Virus record (IMG/VR): IMGVR_UViG_3300014169_000024
Span: 1 to 24,715 of that record
Strand: one strand, 5' to 3'
Origin: a virus
Lineage: Duplodnaviria > Caudoviricetes
Length of the DNA: 24,715 nucleotides
In this document: in pieces, positions 16,738 through 24,715 of the stretch
Numbering within the stretch: position 1 is the first letter of the stretch
How the letters are laid out: the number at the start of each line of letters is the position of its first letter
Translations under genes and position numbers: made by a program
Notes under the pieces: model-generated
Database searches by the model: none
What the model saw: only the letters and a program-made list of their open reading frames with translations
What the model was told of the DNA's origin: nothing

Positions 16738-17973
16738 ATGAATCTTCTTAGCGATATCATCACATACGTCCGCAGGATCATAAAAAGTCCTTCGGACGCG
16801 ACTATCAAAGATAACCTGATCATTGATTATATCAATAGATTTTGGTTGTATGATGTCGATGCTCGCTTACAGCTTTTCGATCTGAAAACCGTTTATCAGT
16901 TTCAAACAGTTCCCGGTGTAGACCAATACAACATGCCGCTTTATAATGTGCAAGTTGAAGGAATAGATCCTGGCACTGATATTGCGATGTATCCCGTTTA
17001 CCAAGGATTTATGCCGTATGCTAGAATAGGTGGCGTAAGTGTTGGATTTTATACGCAGCGTAGCGAGTTCTTCCAGTATTGGGACAACTACATTCAACCT
17101 TATGAAACAGTAGGAGTAGGAAATGGAGGATCAAATTACACAGTCCAGATACCTTTTGCTCCAGGTGTTCAACAAACGGTTAATCAAATCCCTAGTGGAA
17201 TCCTTCGGGGACACGTTGATATTAATGGAATCATTGCAACCGGAGACAATGTCGATCCGCCAATTGGTCAAAACCTTAACCTTGCCATTCCTTCGACCTC
17301 AATCTACCCCTCCGTCTACTTTACAACCATCGATGAAGCCGGTTCCTCTAGAATCGTCCAAGACTCAGGACAGTTCTTAACAGGAAATGTCAATTACGGC
17401 CTGTTAATGACAGGCTCTAATACCGCTCCTTTCGGATATCAAGAGCTTAATGGAAGCCAGCAAACATCCAATCAAATCTATACAACTGCGCTCAATACCT
17501 TCAATTACAATACAGGGATAGCCAATATTACCTTCACTGACCCGACAACCGGATTAGCCGTAAATATTCCTCAAGGACAGCAAATCAATGCCCAATGCTA
17601 CTACTATAACCCAGGTATACCACGTGCCATACTCTTTTATAATAATATACTCACTCTGCGCACTGTACCTGATACTCAATATTTGGTTGAACTAGAGGGA
17701 TATTTAACGCCCGCTGCTTTCTTAAGTTCAGGTCAAGCCATACAATTTGCTTATATGTGCGAATATCTCGCGCGAGGCGCTGCCAGAAAGATTCTTTCAG
17801 ATACAGGCGATACGGAACAATTTAACTTCTATGAGCCTCTTTTCAAAGAACAAGAGATGCTTGTGTGGAAACGTTCACAGAGGCAGTTCACATCAACAAG
17901 AACTTATAGTCTATATGCCCAGGGAAATAATCAAGGCGGCATAGGAAACAATACAAGCACAGGTCTACCATGA
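16738..17973 (+). CDS. putative head-tail adaptor / tail tubular protein A-like
   Basis: L..I...VRR...IN at the N-terminus and YLARGAA at the C-terminus, as in podovirus adaptors; position. Confidence 0.55.
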   Translation: MNLLSDIITYVRRIIKSPSDATIKDNLIIDYINRFWLYDVDARLQLFDLKTVYQFQTVPGVDQYNMPLYNVQVEGIDPGTDIAMYPVYQGFMPYARIGGVSVGFYTQRSEFFQYWDNYIQPYETVGVGNGGSNYTVQIPFAPGVQQTVNQIPSGILRGHVDINGIIATGDNVDPPIGQNLNLAIPSTSIYPSVYFTTIDEAGSSRIVQDSGQFLTGNVNYGLLMTGSNTAPFGYQELNGSQQTSNQIYTTALNTFNYNTGIANITFTDPTTGLAVNIPQGQQINAQCYYYNPGIPRAILFYNNILTLRTVPDTQYLVELEGYLTPAAFLSSGQAIQFAYMCEYLARGAARKILSDTGDTEQFNFYEPLFKEQEMLVWKRSQRQFTSTRTYSLYAQGNNQGGIGNNTSTGLP

Positions 17974-18542
17974 CAATACCTTATTCATCAACTATTCCAA
18001 ATCCTCCAAATGATCCGGCAGATGATGTTTCAGCCATGCAAACGAATGCAGGGTCAATATCAACGATTATCGCTGTAGATCACGTGGGATTTAATGTAAG
18101 CGGAGGAGGCCAACATGCGCAAGTTACCTTTAATAGCAATAATCCTCCTACACCTCCTGTATCTCCTCCTATTTTATTTACTAATAACCAGGATGGAGCC
18201 GGTAATAATCTTCCAGGTTCTTTAGCAGAGCTTTTCTTTTATTCAGGATCAGCGGCGCAGAGTAAGAACCAATACAATGTATCAGCGACTAATGGAAGCG
18301 TGATGCTTCCTATGGGCATTATCTTGAAGTGGGGAACCGATAGTTTTACTGGATCGGCCGGAATAACGGTAAATTTTACCAATGCTTTCCCGAACAATTG
18401 CTTTGGAGTTCAAATATCTCTTTTGAATACGGGCGGCACACAGACGCAAAGCCGTTTATCGACATATTCAGCGAGCGGATTTACGGGAAGTGTAAACGCG
18501 TCTGGATCTTGTACGCTTTTTTGGTGGGCAATAGGTAATTAA
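17970..18542 (+). CDS. short tail fibre-like protein (gp53-like C-terminal domain)
   Basis: LPMGIILKWG...VNF..AFPNNCF...WWAIGN. Confidence 0.7.
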   Translation: MTIPYSSTIPNPPNDPADDVSAMQTNAGSISTIIAVDHVGFNVSGGGQHAQVTFNSNNPPTPPVSPPILFTNNQDGAGNNLPGSLAELFFYSGSAAQSKNQYNVSATNGSVMLPMGIILKWGTDSFTGSAGITVNFTNAFPNNCFGVQISLLNTGGTQTQSRLSTYSASGFTGSVNASGSCTLFWWAIGN

Positions 18543-21200
18543 ATGCCAGAGCAAATCTATATTGGTAACTTTGCAAAAGGTCTTACCACTAGTAGACTTC
18601 CATTTGTCATTGATAACGACGCTTTTCCAACGATGCTCAACTTCTATTCATGGAGAGGAAGAGCTAAAAGAAAAAGAGGGACGATCTTTCTTGGACAGTT
18701 GCAGATTCAGGTTCAATCTGTAGCGACTGCAACGCCTCCTGCTAATTGGCAAATAGGAACATTAGTCACCTTAAGCGGCGCTGGTGCTGGCTCTGGAAAT
18801 CTCATAACATCCGCGAGCGCTCCGAGTTCATCATCAATTACGCCTGGCTCTATTACGCTTTCAGATGGGACGAATACCTACACTGATACGACTCAAAATG
18901 GGATTCTTACAGGGACTCCAGCAGGATCAGGAACAATTAATTATGCGACTGGCGCATTCACAATTACAGGAGGTGCAGCAAATGGGGTGGTTACGGGAAC
19001 TTTTTCTTTCTTTCCTGGCACTCCTGTTATGGGTTTGCGTGATTATGCTTATAACTCAACTCCTTCTATACCACCGGTAAGGGCTCTATATCCCAATACG
19101 ATGGCTTTTGACATTAAAAAGGCTTATCAAATCTATCAAACCTCCAGCGCGAATACGTTCTACAACGTCACCTACTATAAATCTTCTTCAAATCCTTTCT
19201 CATGGAGCGGTCAGGACTACCAGCAATTTTGGATAACAAACTATCAAGGCGCATTATGGGCAACGAATAATGTTCCGGGTTTAAACAAAGCCACCGGAAC
19301 TTATGTTTCAGGAAGCGGAACAACTGCCATTGTAATGACATTAGCAGGTTCTGGCGTACCGACTCTTGTTGTTGGTGATTATCTTTGGTTCAATGAATGG
19401 GGATCGAATACCATTAATTTACAAACTGGCCAAGTGACAAATGTTAGCGGTAGCGATTACACTGTAACGTTTGCAAGCAGTGTAACGGCTTCCAGCACGG
19501 GTTTTGTTCAACTTTTAACTGCCAGCGTTCCGGGCCAAGACGGAATTAAATGGTATGATGGTGACCCAACTACGCATACAGGGCTACCTACGGCTACTGG
19601 GCTTGGTTGGGTTAACTTTTCTCCCCCATTAACCGCAGCAACGGTTTCAATAGATGATGAAACAGCTGCTAAGTATTATTTAGTAGGTGCATTGGCGATT
19701 CTTCCCTTTAAAGACAGGCTTTTATTCTTCAGTCCTTGGATTCAGACAAGCTCTGGCAATCCGATTCAATTGCAAGACGTGGTACTTTGGAGTTGGAATG
19801 GAACTCCATATTACTCATCTTTAACTCCGGCTGGGGAAACTAGTGATGTAAGAGCATATTATCAAGATCAAACAGGACTTGGAGGAAATCTTCCTGCGGG
19901 AACAGGACAGCCTATCGCTACTGTAACTAACAATGAAGACGTTTTGATTATCGGTTTTGGAGGATCTGGTAGAAAAACAAGATTTGTCTATACAGGAAAC
20001 GACTTGCAGCCCTTCTTATTCTATAATATTAACTCAGAACTTCCTTCGGATAGCACGTTTTCAGCAATTACATTAGATAAAGGGGCTTTAGATATTGGTG
20101 GATATGGCATAGCCATGACCGATCAACAATCGAGTCAACGTGTCGATTTAGACATTCCTGATTCAGTTTTCCAAATTCAAGGATTAAACAATGGAGCCCA
20201 AAGAGTTAATGCAGTCAGAGACTTTTATAGAGAATGGATCTACTTTAGCTATCCTGTCAATAACAGCCCTTGGAAATTTCCAACACAAACATTCCTATTT
20301 AATTATCGAGACAACACTTGGGGTGTTTTATATGAAAATTATACAGCTCATGGATCTTTCAGACCCATGATTAAAAAGTCGTGGTTGACTATAGGATATA
20401 GTTCCTGGAATAGCTGGAGAGAGCCATGGAATTCCGGAGCTAATTCGCCAAGCTTTCCAAGCGTTATAGCAGGAAATCCACAAGGTTATGTATTAACTAT
20501 TGGCCAAGGAAGGGGAGAGGCGACTTCAGGGACAATTATAGCAATTGCAAGTTCATCAGGAGGCACGCAAATCACGTCGATTAACCATTGCGTAAGAGTT
20601 GGAGATTATCTCTATTTCTCCGGACTTCTTGGTACAACGTCTATAAATGGTTTAATTGGACGAGTTATATCTACAGCAGATGCCAATACGTTTGTGGTAG
20701 ATTTACCGTTCCCATCAGGAACATATTTAGGTCTTGGCAAGTTCACACGTCTATCTCAGCCGCTCTTGCAAACCAAGCAATTTCCTGTATATTGGGATCA
20801 GGGTAGACAAACGCGTCTATCAACGCAAAAATACTTAATGGACTACACAGCAAATGCTCAAGTCACCGTCAATGTTTACCTTTCCCAAGATTCTGACGAT
20901 GTTTGGAATACTCCTCAGCCTCTTAGTAGTACTTCCGCTCTTGTATACAGTCAACTTATGTATACTTGTCCTGAATCTACTAACATTGGTCTTACACCTG
21001 CCAATACCAATCTTCAAATGCCTACAGCTGAAGGTCAACATCAAATCTGGCACAGATTTAACACAAGTTTAGTTGGAGACAGTATTCAAATTGGAATCAC
21101 CTTATCAGATAGTCAAATGCGTAATTTAACTTACGCAACTTCAGAAATTACTTTACACGGAATGCACTTGACCGTAGACAAATCTTCACATTTGGCCTGA
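18543..21200 (+). CDS. tail nozzle / DNA-stabilization protein (P22 gp10 / tubular B-like)
   Basis: 885 aa, beta-rich; GRAKRKRGT near the N-terminus and FKDRLLFF motif; follows the adaptor. Confidence 0.65.
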   Translation: MPEQIYIGNFAKGLTTSRLPFVIDNDAFPTMLNFYSWRGRAKRKRGTIFLGQLQIQVQSVATATPPANWQIGTLVTLSGAGAGSGNLITSASAPSSSSITPGSITLSDGTNTYTDTTQNGILTGTPAGSGTINYATGAFTITGGAANGVVTGTFSFFPGTPVMGLRDYAYNSTPSIPPVRALYPNTMAFDIKKAYQIYQTSSANTFYNVTYYKSSSNPFSWSGQDYQQFWITNYQGALWATNNVPGLNKATGTYVSGSGTTAIVMTLAGSGVPTLVVGDYLWFNEWGSNTINLQTGQVTNVSGSDYTVTFASSVTASSTGFVQLLTASVPGQDGIKWYDGDPTTHTGLPTATGLGWVNFSPPLTAATVSIDDETAAKYYLVGALAILPFKDRLLFFSPWIQTSSGNPIQLQDVVLWSWNGTPYYSSLTPAGETSDVRAYYQDQTGLGGNLPAGTGQPIATVTNNEDVLIIGFGGSGRKTRFVYTGNDLQPFLFYNINSELPSDSTFSAITLDKGALDIGGYGIAMTDQQSSQRVDLDIPDSVFQIQGLNNGAQRVNAVRDFYREWIYFSYPVNNSPWKFPTQTFLFNYRDNTWGVLYENYTAHGSFRPMIKKSWLTIGYSSWNSWREPWNSGANSPSFPSVIAGNPQGYVLTIGQGRGEATSGTIIAIASSSGGTQITSINHCVRVGDYLYFSGLLGTTSINGLIGRVISTADANTFVVDLPFPSGTYLGLGKFTRLSQPLLQTKQFPVYWDQGRQTRLSTQKYLMDYTANAQVTVNVYLSQDSDDVWNTPQPLSSTSALVYSQLMYTCPESTNIGLTPANTNLQMPTAEGQHQIWHRFNTSLVGDSIQIGITLSDSQMRNLTYATSEITLHGMHLTVDKSSHLA

Positions 21201-21204
21201 TAAA

Positions 21205-21314
21205 ACCTCACCACACCCTTCCAATCCGTTCCATACACCACCATGCCTGACCACACCGAGGCTCACCCCGCCAGACCAGGCCGATCCGTTCCGTATCCCA
21301 CCATACCGTTCCAC
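21205..21314 (-). ncRNA. 22-unit pentamer array (NN-GGH), putative gapped guide RNA
   Basis: Strict 5-nt phase; 19/22 units carry GG at positions 3-4; variable NN decodes to codons 21063-21107 of the adjacent gene. Confidence 0.8.
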
Positions 21315-21318
21315 TAAT

Positions 21319-21378
21319 CTACAATACCTCAAATTTGACAACTTGAAATCTTCCAAATGTTGGCCTAAAATCTCCTAT
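21319..21378 (-). pseudogene. 3' relic of a RAMP/Cas7-like protein gene
   Basis: IGDFRPTFGRFQVVKFEVL* Gly-loop-like ending; in-frame TAA immediately upstream. Confidence 0.65.
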
Positions 21379-21511
21379 TTACTCTATCTGAAAACATAGG
21401 GACTTTTCCTACTTCCATACAATATCGGGCTTTGTCTGAGAAAAACTGCATCGAGTTGTGAATTAAATTTTGAATGTCTTCTCTAGAAAAAATATATCTT
21501 TTGGCCACTGT

Positions 21512-21739
21512 CTATATATCCTTTTTTTTAATTTCTAATAGTTGCGTATGAAAGTCTTTGATTTCATCATGAATTGCATGATTAAAGTTCACACTTTCCA
21601 TTCTAATTTCCCAGATTAGATCTCTATGAGCCCTCAACATGCTATCCATATGACGAATATCTGTACGCGATTCCGTACGGTTCCATATAAATAAACCGAA
21701 GACACCTAAGAAAAATATTATAAACTGAACCCATTCCAT
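21512..21739 (-). CDS. small membrane-anchored coiled-coil protein
   Basis: N-terminal TM, SRTDIR and KDFH motifs. Confidence 0.7.
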   Translation of the reverse strand: MEWVQFIIFFLGVFGLFIWNRTESRTDIRHMDSMLRAHRDLIWEIRMESVNFNHAIHDEIKDFHTQLLEIKKKDI

Positions 21740-21750
21740 AAGAACCCCAT

Positions 21751-21787
21751 TTGCATCTATTTTATCATGCTGTTACATTGAGATCAA
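21751..21787. promoter_or_regulatory. overlapping divergent promoters
   Basis: + strand TTGCAT-17-TACATT; - strand TTGATC-17-TAAAAT. Confidence 0.6.
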
Positions 21788-21788
21788 T

Positions 21789-22019
21789 ATGGGAAAAACC
21801 GACTGGAACGATGCAACAAAGGGCCATCCTACTGGCGCAAGACTGCTCGTAGTTAAGCATTATTTAGATCAAGAATTTGATATGGAACAGGGAGGCTACC
21901 GCGGCCCGTGGTTCAAAACCCCAAGCATGATTGTCATTGATATCTCGTTCAGAGAGCATAGCTGGGAAGGCGGAGGAATTGTGACGCACTGGATGGAGAT
22001 ACCGGAGATGCCGAAATGA
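21789..22019 (+). CDS. DUF551-like small protein
   Basis: C-terminal VTHWMEIPEMPK. Confidence 0.65.
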   Translation: MGKTDWNDATKGHPTGARLLVVKHYLDQEFDMEQGGYRGPWFKTPSMIVIDISFREHSWEGGGIVTHWMEIPEMPK

Positions 22020-22510
22020 CAACAACTAACCTCCAATTCTCCCCCTATCTCAAGACTCAATGGCAATTTCCCTATGAAGATCTGCGAGGACTTTCGAATC
22101 AAGTAGACATCGCTTATATCGACATCTCTTCAAAAGTCAACGCGCGCACGATTGGCACATTTTCCGTAAACTTTCCATTAGTAACAGGCGAGAGATGGTA
22201 TACTGCGACTCCAACCAATCCTCAATCAAATCAGCCCTTGCAAACTCTAAGACAGGTCTATTACTTCACATCAGCCGGAAATATAGCACACGGAATCAAC
22301 TTTGCTGGTATAAATGGTTTTACGAGGATCTATGGAACATTTTATGACGGATCTATATACTATCCTTTGCCTTACGTTGATGTCACTGCCGCTAATAACC
22401 AAGTCAATGTGGTAGTCAATAGCACGAATATAGTGATTACAGCAGGAGCGGGATCACCGCCGACTATTGTAAGCGGTTATGTAGTCTTGGAATGGCTTAG
22501 TCAGTTCTAA
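22016..22510 (+). CDS. virion structural protein
   Basis: Beta-rich; IAHGI...FTRIYG and VVLEW ending. Confidence 0.6.
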   Translation: MTTTNLQFSPYLKTQWQFPYEDLRGLSNQVDIAYIDISSKVNARTIGTFSVNFPLVTGERWYTATPTNPQSNQPLQTLRQVYYFTSAGNIAHGINFAGINGFTRIYGTFYDGSIYYPLPYVDVTAANNQVNVVVNSTNIVITAGAGSPPTIVSGYVVLEWLSQF

Positions 22511-22581
22511 TCAAACATAACGGGAGTTCAACGAATCTAACGTTGGTATGTATACTACCCAAAACTGGCCTCCCATATGAG

Positions 22582-22830
22582 CTAAGTCAGCTTCTTTTTT
22601 AATGAAAAAGTGTCAAAAGGATTGAAATTTCTTCTCATGGCATCTTTCAAGTCTTTTTTCTTATCAAACTCATGGTGCGTTCGTATTGATGCCAGATAAA
22701 TCAGTCTTGCTTTATTCAATGCAATCAGTTCCTTGTGTAACTTTTCAATTTCTTCCTTTTTTTCATCCATTATTGACTGAATTTCAATCAAAGTCTCTTC
22801 GGAAAAGGCTTGGTTATCCATTATTGACAC
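22582..22830 (-). CDS. coiled-coil hypothetical protein
   Basis: Overlaps the groES end. Confidence 0.55.
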   Translation of the reverse strand: MSIMDNQAFSEETLIEIQSIMDEKKEEIEKLHKELIALNKARLIYLASIRTHHEFDKKKDLKDAMRRNFNPFDTFSLKKKLT

Positions 22831-23078
22831 ACAATCGCCAGAATCTGATCTTCGTAAATAACAAGATACTTCTCTCCCTTTTCCTCAATTGGAGTTCCTG
22901 TATGAGGCGGAAGAATAACGATATCATCTTTAAGTAGATTGGAATCCACATCGCTGCCTTTTGCAATTACAGATGCCCTAAAATATTTTTTCTCGTTAAC
23001 TTCAATGATAAGCTTTTTTTCGTCTTTTACTTCTTCGATTACCTTGACGACAACTCGTTTACCGACAGCTTTTAGCAT
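22821..23078 (-). CDS. groES: GroES-like co-chaperonin
   Basis: LKAVGKRVVVK...VIAKG...DIVI...GT.IE..GEKYLVIYEDQILAIV. Confidence 0.85.
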   Translation of the reverse strand: MLKAVGKRVVVKVIEEVKDEKKLIIEVNEKKYFRASVIAKGSDVDSNLLKDDIVILPPHTGTPIEEKGEKYLVIYEDQILAIVCQ

Positions 23079-23197
23079 GGAAAATCTCCTTTAGCCAGAA
23101 ACTTACCATTTGCCAAAAAAAAATACAAATGAGATATATATTCGCAGGAATTGCGTTGATATCGTTCCTCCCCCTGAACCGTAAGTAAGGGGGTTTT

Positions 23198-23749
23198 CTA
23201 TTTCCTTTCAAAGTCAATGAGGTTATAAAGATCGTTTCTGAGTTTTCCAATATCCTCGATGATCTTGTTTAAGGAATCAAGTAGTCCTTCAAGTTTTGGG
23301 ACAGCAAAACTTAATCCGACTTTTTGCAACAAAATAGAAATTTCGTCCAATGTATGTATTCCAAAATTTCTCATACGAAACAAAGAATCATAAGTATATA
23401 AAGACACATCTTTTAAATTCTTTGCTCCCAGTTTGATTAGACAATTAATCGCTCTTCTGGATAAAGGCAGTTGTGATATTGGTAATTGGGTAATTTTTTC
23501 TACATCTCCATATAGAAGAAATTTATTAATCTGCTCAATAGCATAAACATAACGCATTCTTACAGATTGCCCTGTAATGTTGTGCATTTCTCCTATTTCT
23601 TTAAAAGTTTTACATTCATTTAATTTTAGATATAAAAAATATATATCACGATCTTTAAGATGAGGAACCTTGGTCAGATCACCTTGTTTTATGAATTCTA
23701 AGGTTTCTTTTGTAATTTTGAAATGGTTATAGGGTTCTTTCATAGGCAT
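23198..23749 (-). CDS. sigma region-4-like HTH fused to an RNA polymerase alpha-CTD-like domain
   Basis: KTFKEIGEMHNITGQSVR HTH; ISQLPLSRRAINCL...RMRNFGIHTLDEI...GLSF. Confidence 0.8.
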   Translation of the reverse strand: MPMKEPYNHFKITKETLEFIKQGDLTKVPHLKDRDIYFLYLKLNECKTFKEIGEMHNITGQSVRMRYVYAIEQINKFLLYGDVEKITQLPISQLPLSRRAINCLIKLGAKNLKDVSLYTYDSLFRMRNFGIHTLDEISILLQKVGLSFAVPKLEGLLDSLNKIIEDIGKLRNDLYNLIDFERK

Positions 23750-23802
23750 TATATTCTACACGAAATTCCATTTCCCTGCTAAGGTGAAGAAAAGAGGTCA
23801 CT

Positions 23803-24393
23803 ATGTCCATTTCAGCAGGAAGCAGAGGAGCAGCAGGCAATAAGATCCCAAAAGGGTATTCAGCGGGAAGATTGCAGCAATTTACGCCTGAGCAGCAAAG
23901 TCTTTATCAGAGTTTGTTTCCTTATGTCTCTCCAGGTAGCCAATTAGCTCAGCAGGCTCAAGGAAGTGACCAAGGATTTGCTCCCTATGAGGACTATGCT
24001 AATCGCCAGTTTCAGGAGTTTTCAGGGCAAAATGCTTCGAGATTTAGTGGACTTGGAATGGGAGCTAGAAAAGGCAGCGGATTTCAGAATCTTCAAACGC
24101 AAGGAGCGCAGGATTTCGCATCGCAACTTGCTATGCAGAGGCAGGAGCTTCAAAGAAATGCTTTACAGCATTTGATGGGAATAAGCCAAAGCTTATTGGG
24201 CAATCAGCCAAGTACTCCATATCTCATGCCTAAACAACAAAAACAACAAGGATTCTGGGGCAAGCTATTTGGTGCAGCAGCTCCATTCGCTGGTGCTGGA
24301 ATAGGCGGATTATTTGGTGGCCTTCCAGGAGCTTCAATGGGAGCGCAATTAGGCAGTGGAGTTTCTCAAGGATTCCAACCAACACAGTGGTAA
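23803..24393 (+). CDS. putative DNA ejection/pilot protein
   Basis: Q/G/A-rich with a Gly-rich hydrophobic C-terminal segment; follows the tail genes. Confidence 0.6.
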   Translation: MSISAGSRGAAGNKIPKGYSAGRLQQFTPEQQSLYQSLFPYVSPGSQLAQQAQGSDQGFAPYEDYANRQFQEFSGQNASRFSGLGMGARKGSGFQNLQTQGAQDFASQLAMQRQELQRNALQHLMGISQSLLGNQPSTPYLMPKQQKQQGFWGKLFGAAAPFAGAGIGGLFGGLPGASMGAQLGSGVSQGFQPTQW

Positions 24394-24397
24394 AAAT

Positions 24398-24715
24398 ATG
24401 ATACAAATTATCGATCAAATACAAAAAAAACCTAAGTTCTTAGATCAGCTGATGGGTGGAGCGCAGAACGCAGGGCAGCAATTGCCGGGATTGCTTGGGA
24501 ATATGGCTGAGAATAAGGCTTTAAGTAGGTTGACCGGCCAAGAGGTCAGTGGACTATCTCCTGAATTAAAAAATACTTATCTCTCTAAGTTAATGTCCAA
24601 AAAGGCTGAAGATACTCAAACCAAGCAAAATGCTATAAATTCCATTGGAGAAATGAGAGAAATTATAGGCCGTGGGAAAACAGGATTAAATCCATTTACT
24701 ATAGGGCCAGAGGGT
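24398..24715 (+). CDS. putative internal virion/ejection protein (3' truncated by the window edge)
   Basis: Open frame MIQIIDQIQKKPKFLDQLMGGAQ... to the window end. Confidence 0.55.
   Translation, partial: MIQIIDQIQKKPKFLDQLMGGAQNAGQQLPGLLGNMAENKALSRLTGQEVSGLSPELKNTYLSKLMSKKAEDTQTKQNAINSIGEMREIIGRGKTGLNPFTIGPEG

Noticed and set aside
21205-21314. CRISPR array or simple microsatellite
   Set aside because: No 25-40 nt repeats with spacers; the units vary in an ordered, information-bearing way rather than by slippage.

Overview
A segment of a tailed dsDNA phage or prophage, probably podovirus-like and possibly chlamydial (low confidence). A leftward early/recombination operon (Bet/RecT, PD-(D/E)XK exonuclease) and a symmetric divergent promoter are followed by two paralogous HTH genes, an O-like replication initiator, a DNA methyltransferase, a small terminase and virion genes. 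Three things stand out. (1) A 22-unit pentamer array (21205-21314; NN-GGH on the minus strand) sits behind a truncated 'IGDFRPxFGRF' gene. Its variable dinucleotides, read as codon positions 1+2, spell the protein sequence of the neighbouring tail gene, while the phage's own copy differs by synonymous Ser/Leu codons. This looks like a gapped, wobble-skipping RNA guide against rival alleles. (2) The major capsid gene is in three exons, split by a complete group I intron carrying an antisense LAGLIDADG gene and by a 67-nt coreless mini-intron that has its own P1/P10 guide. (3) Several free-standing homing endonucleases have their own promoters and RBS-sequestering hairpins. Product calls come from motif recognition by eye; no searches were run.
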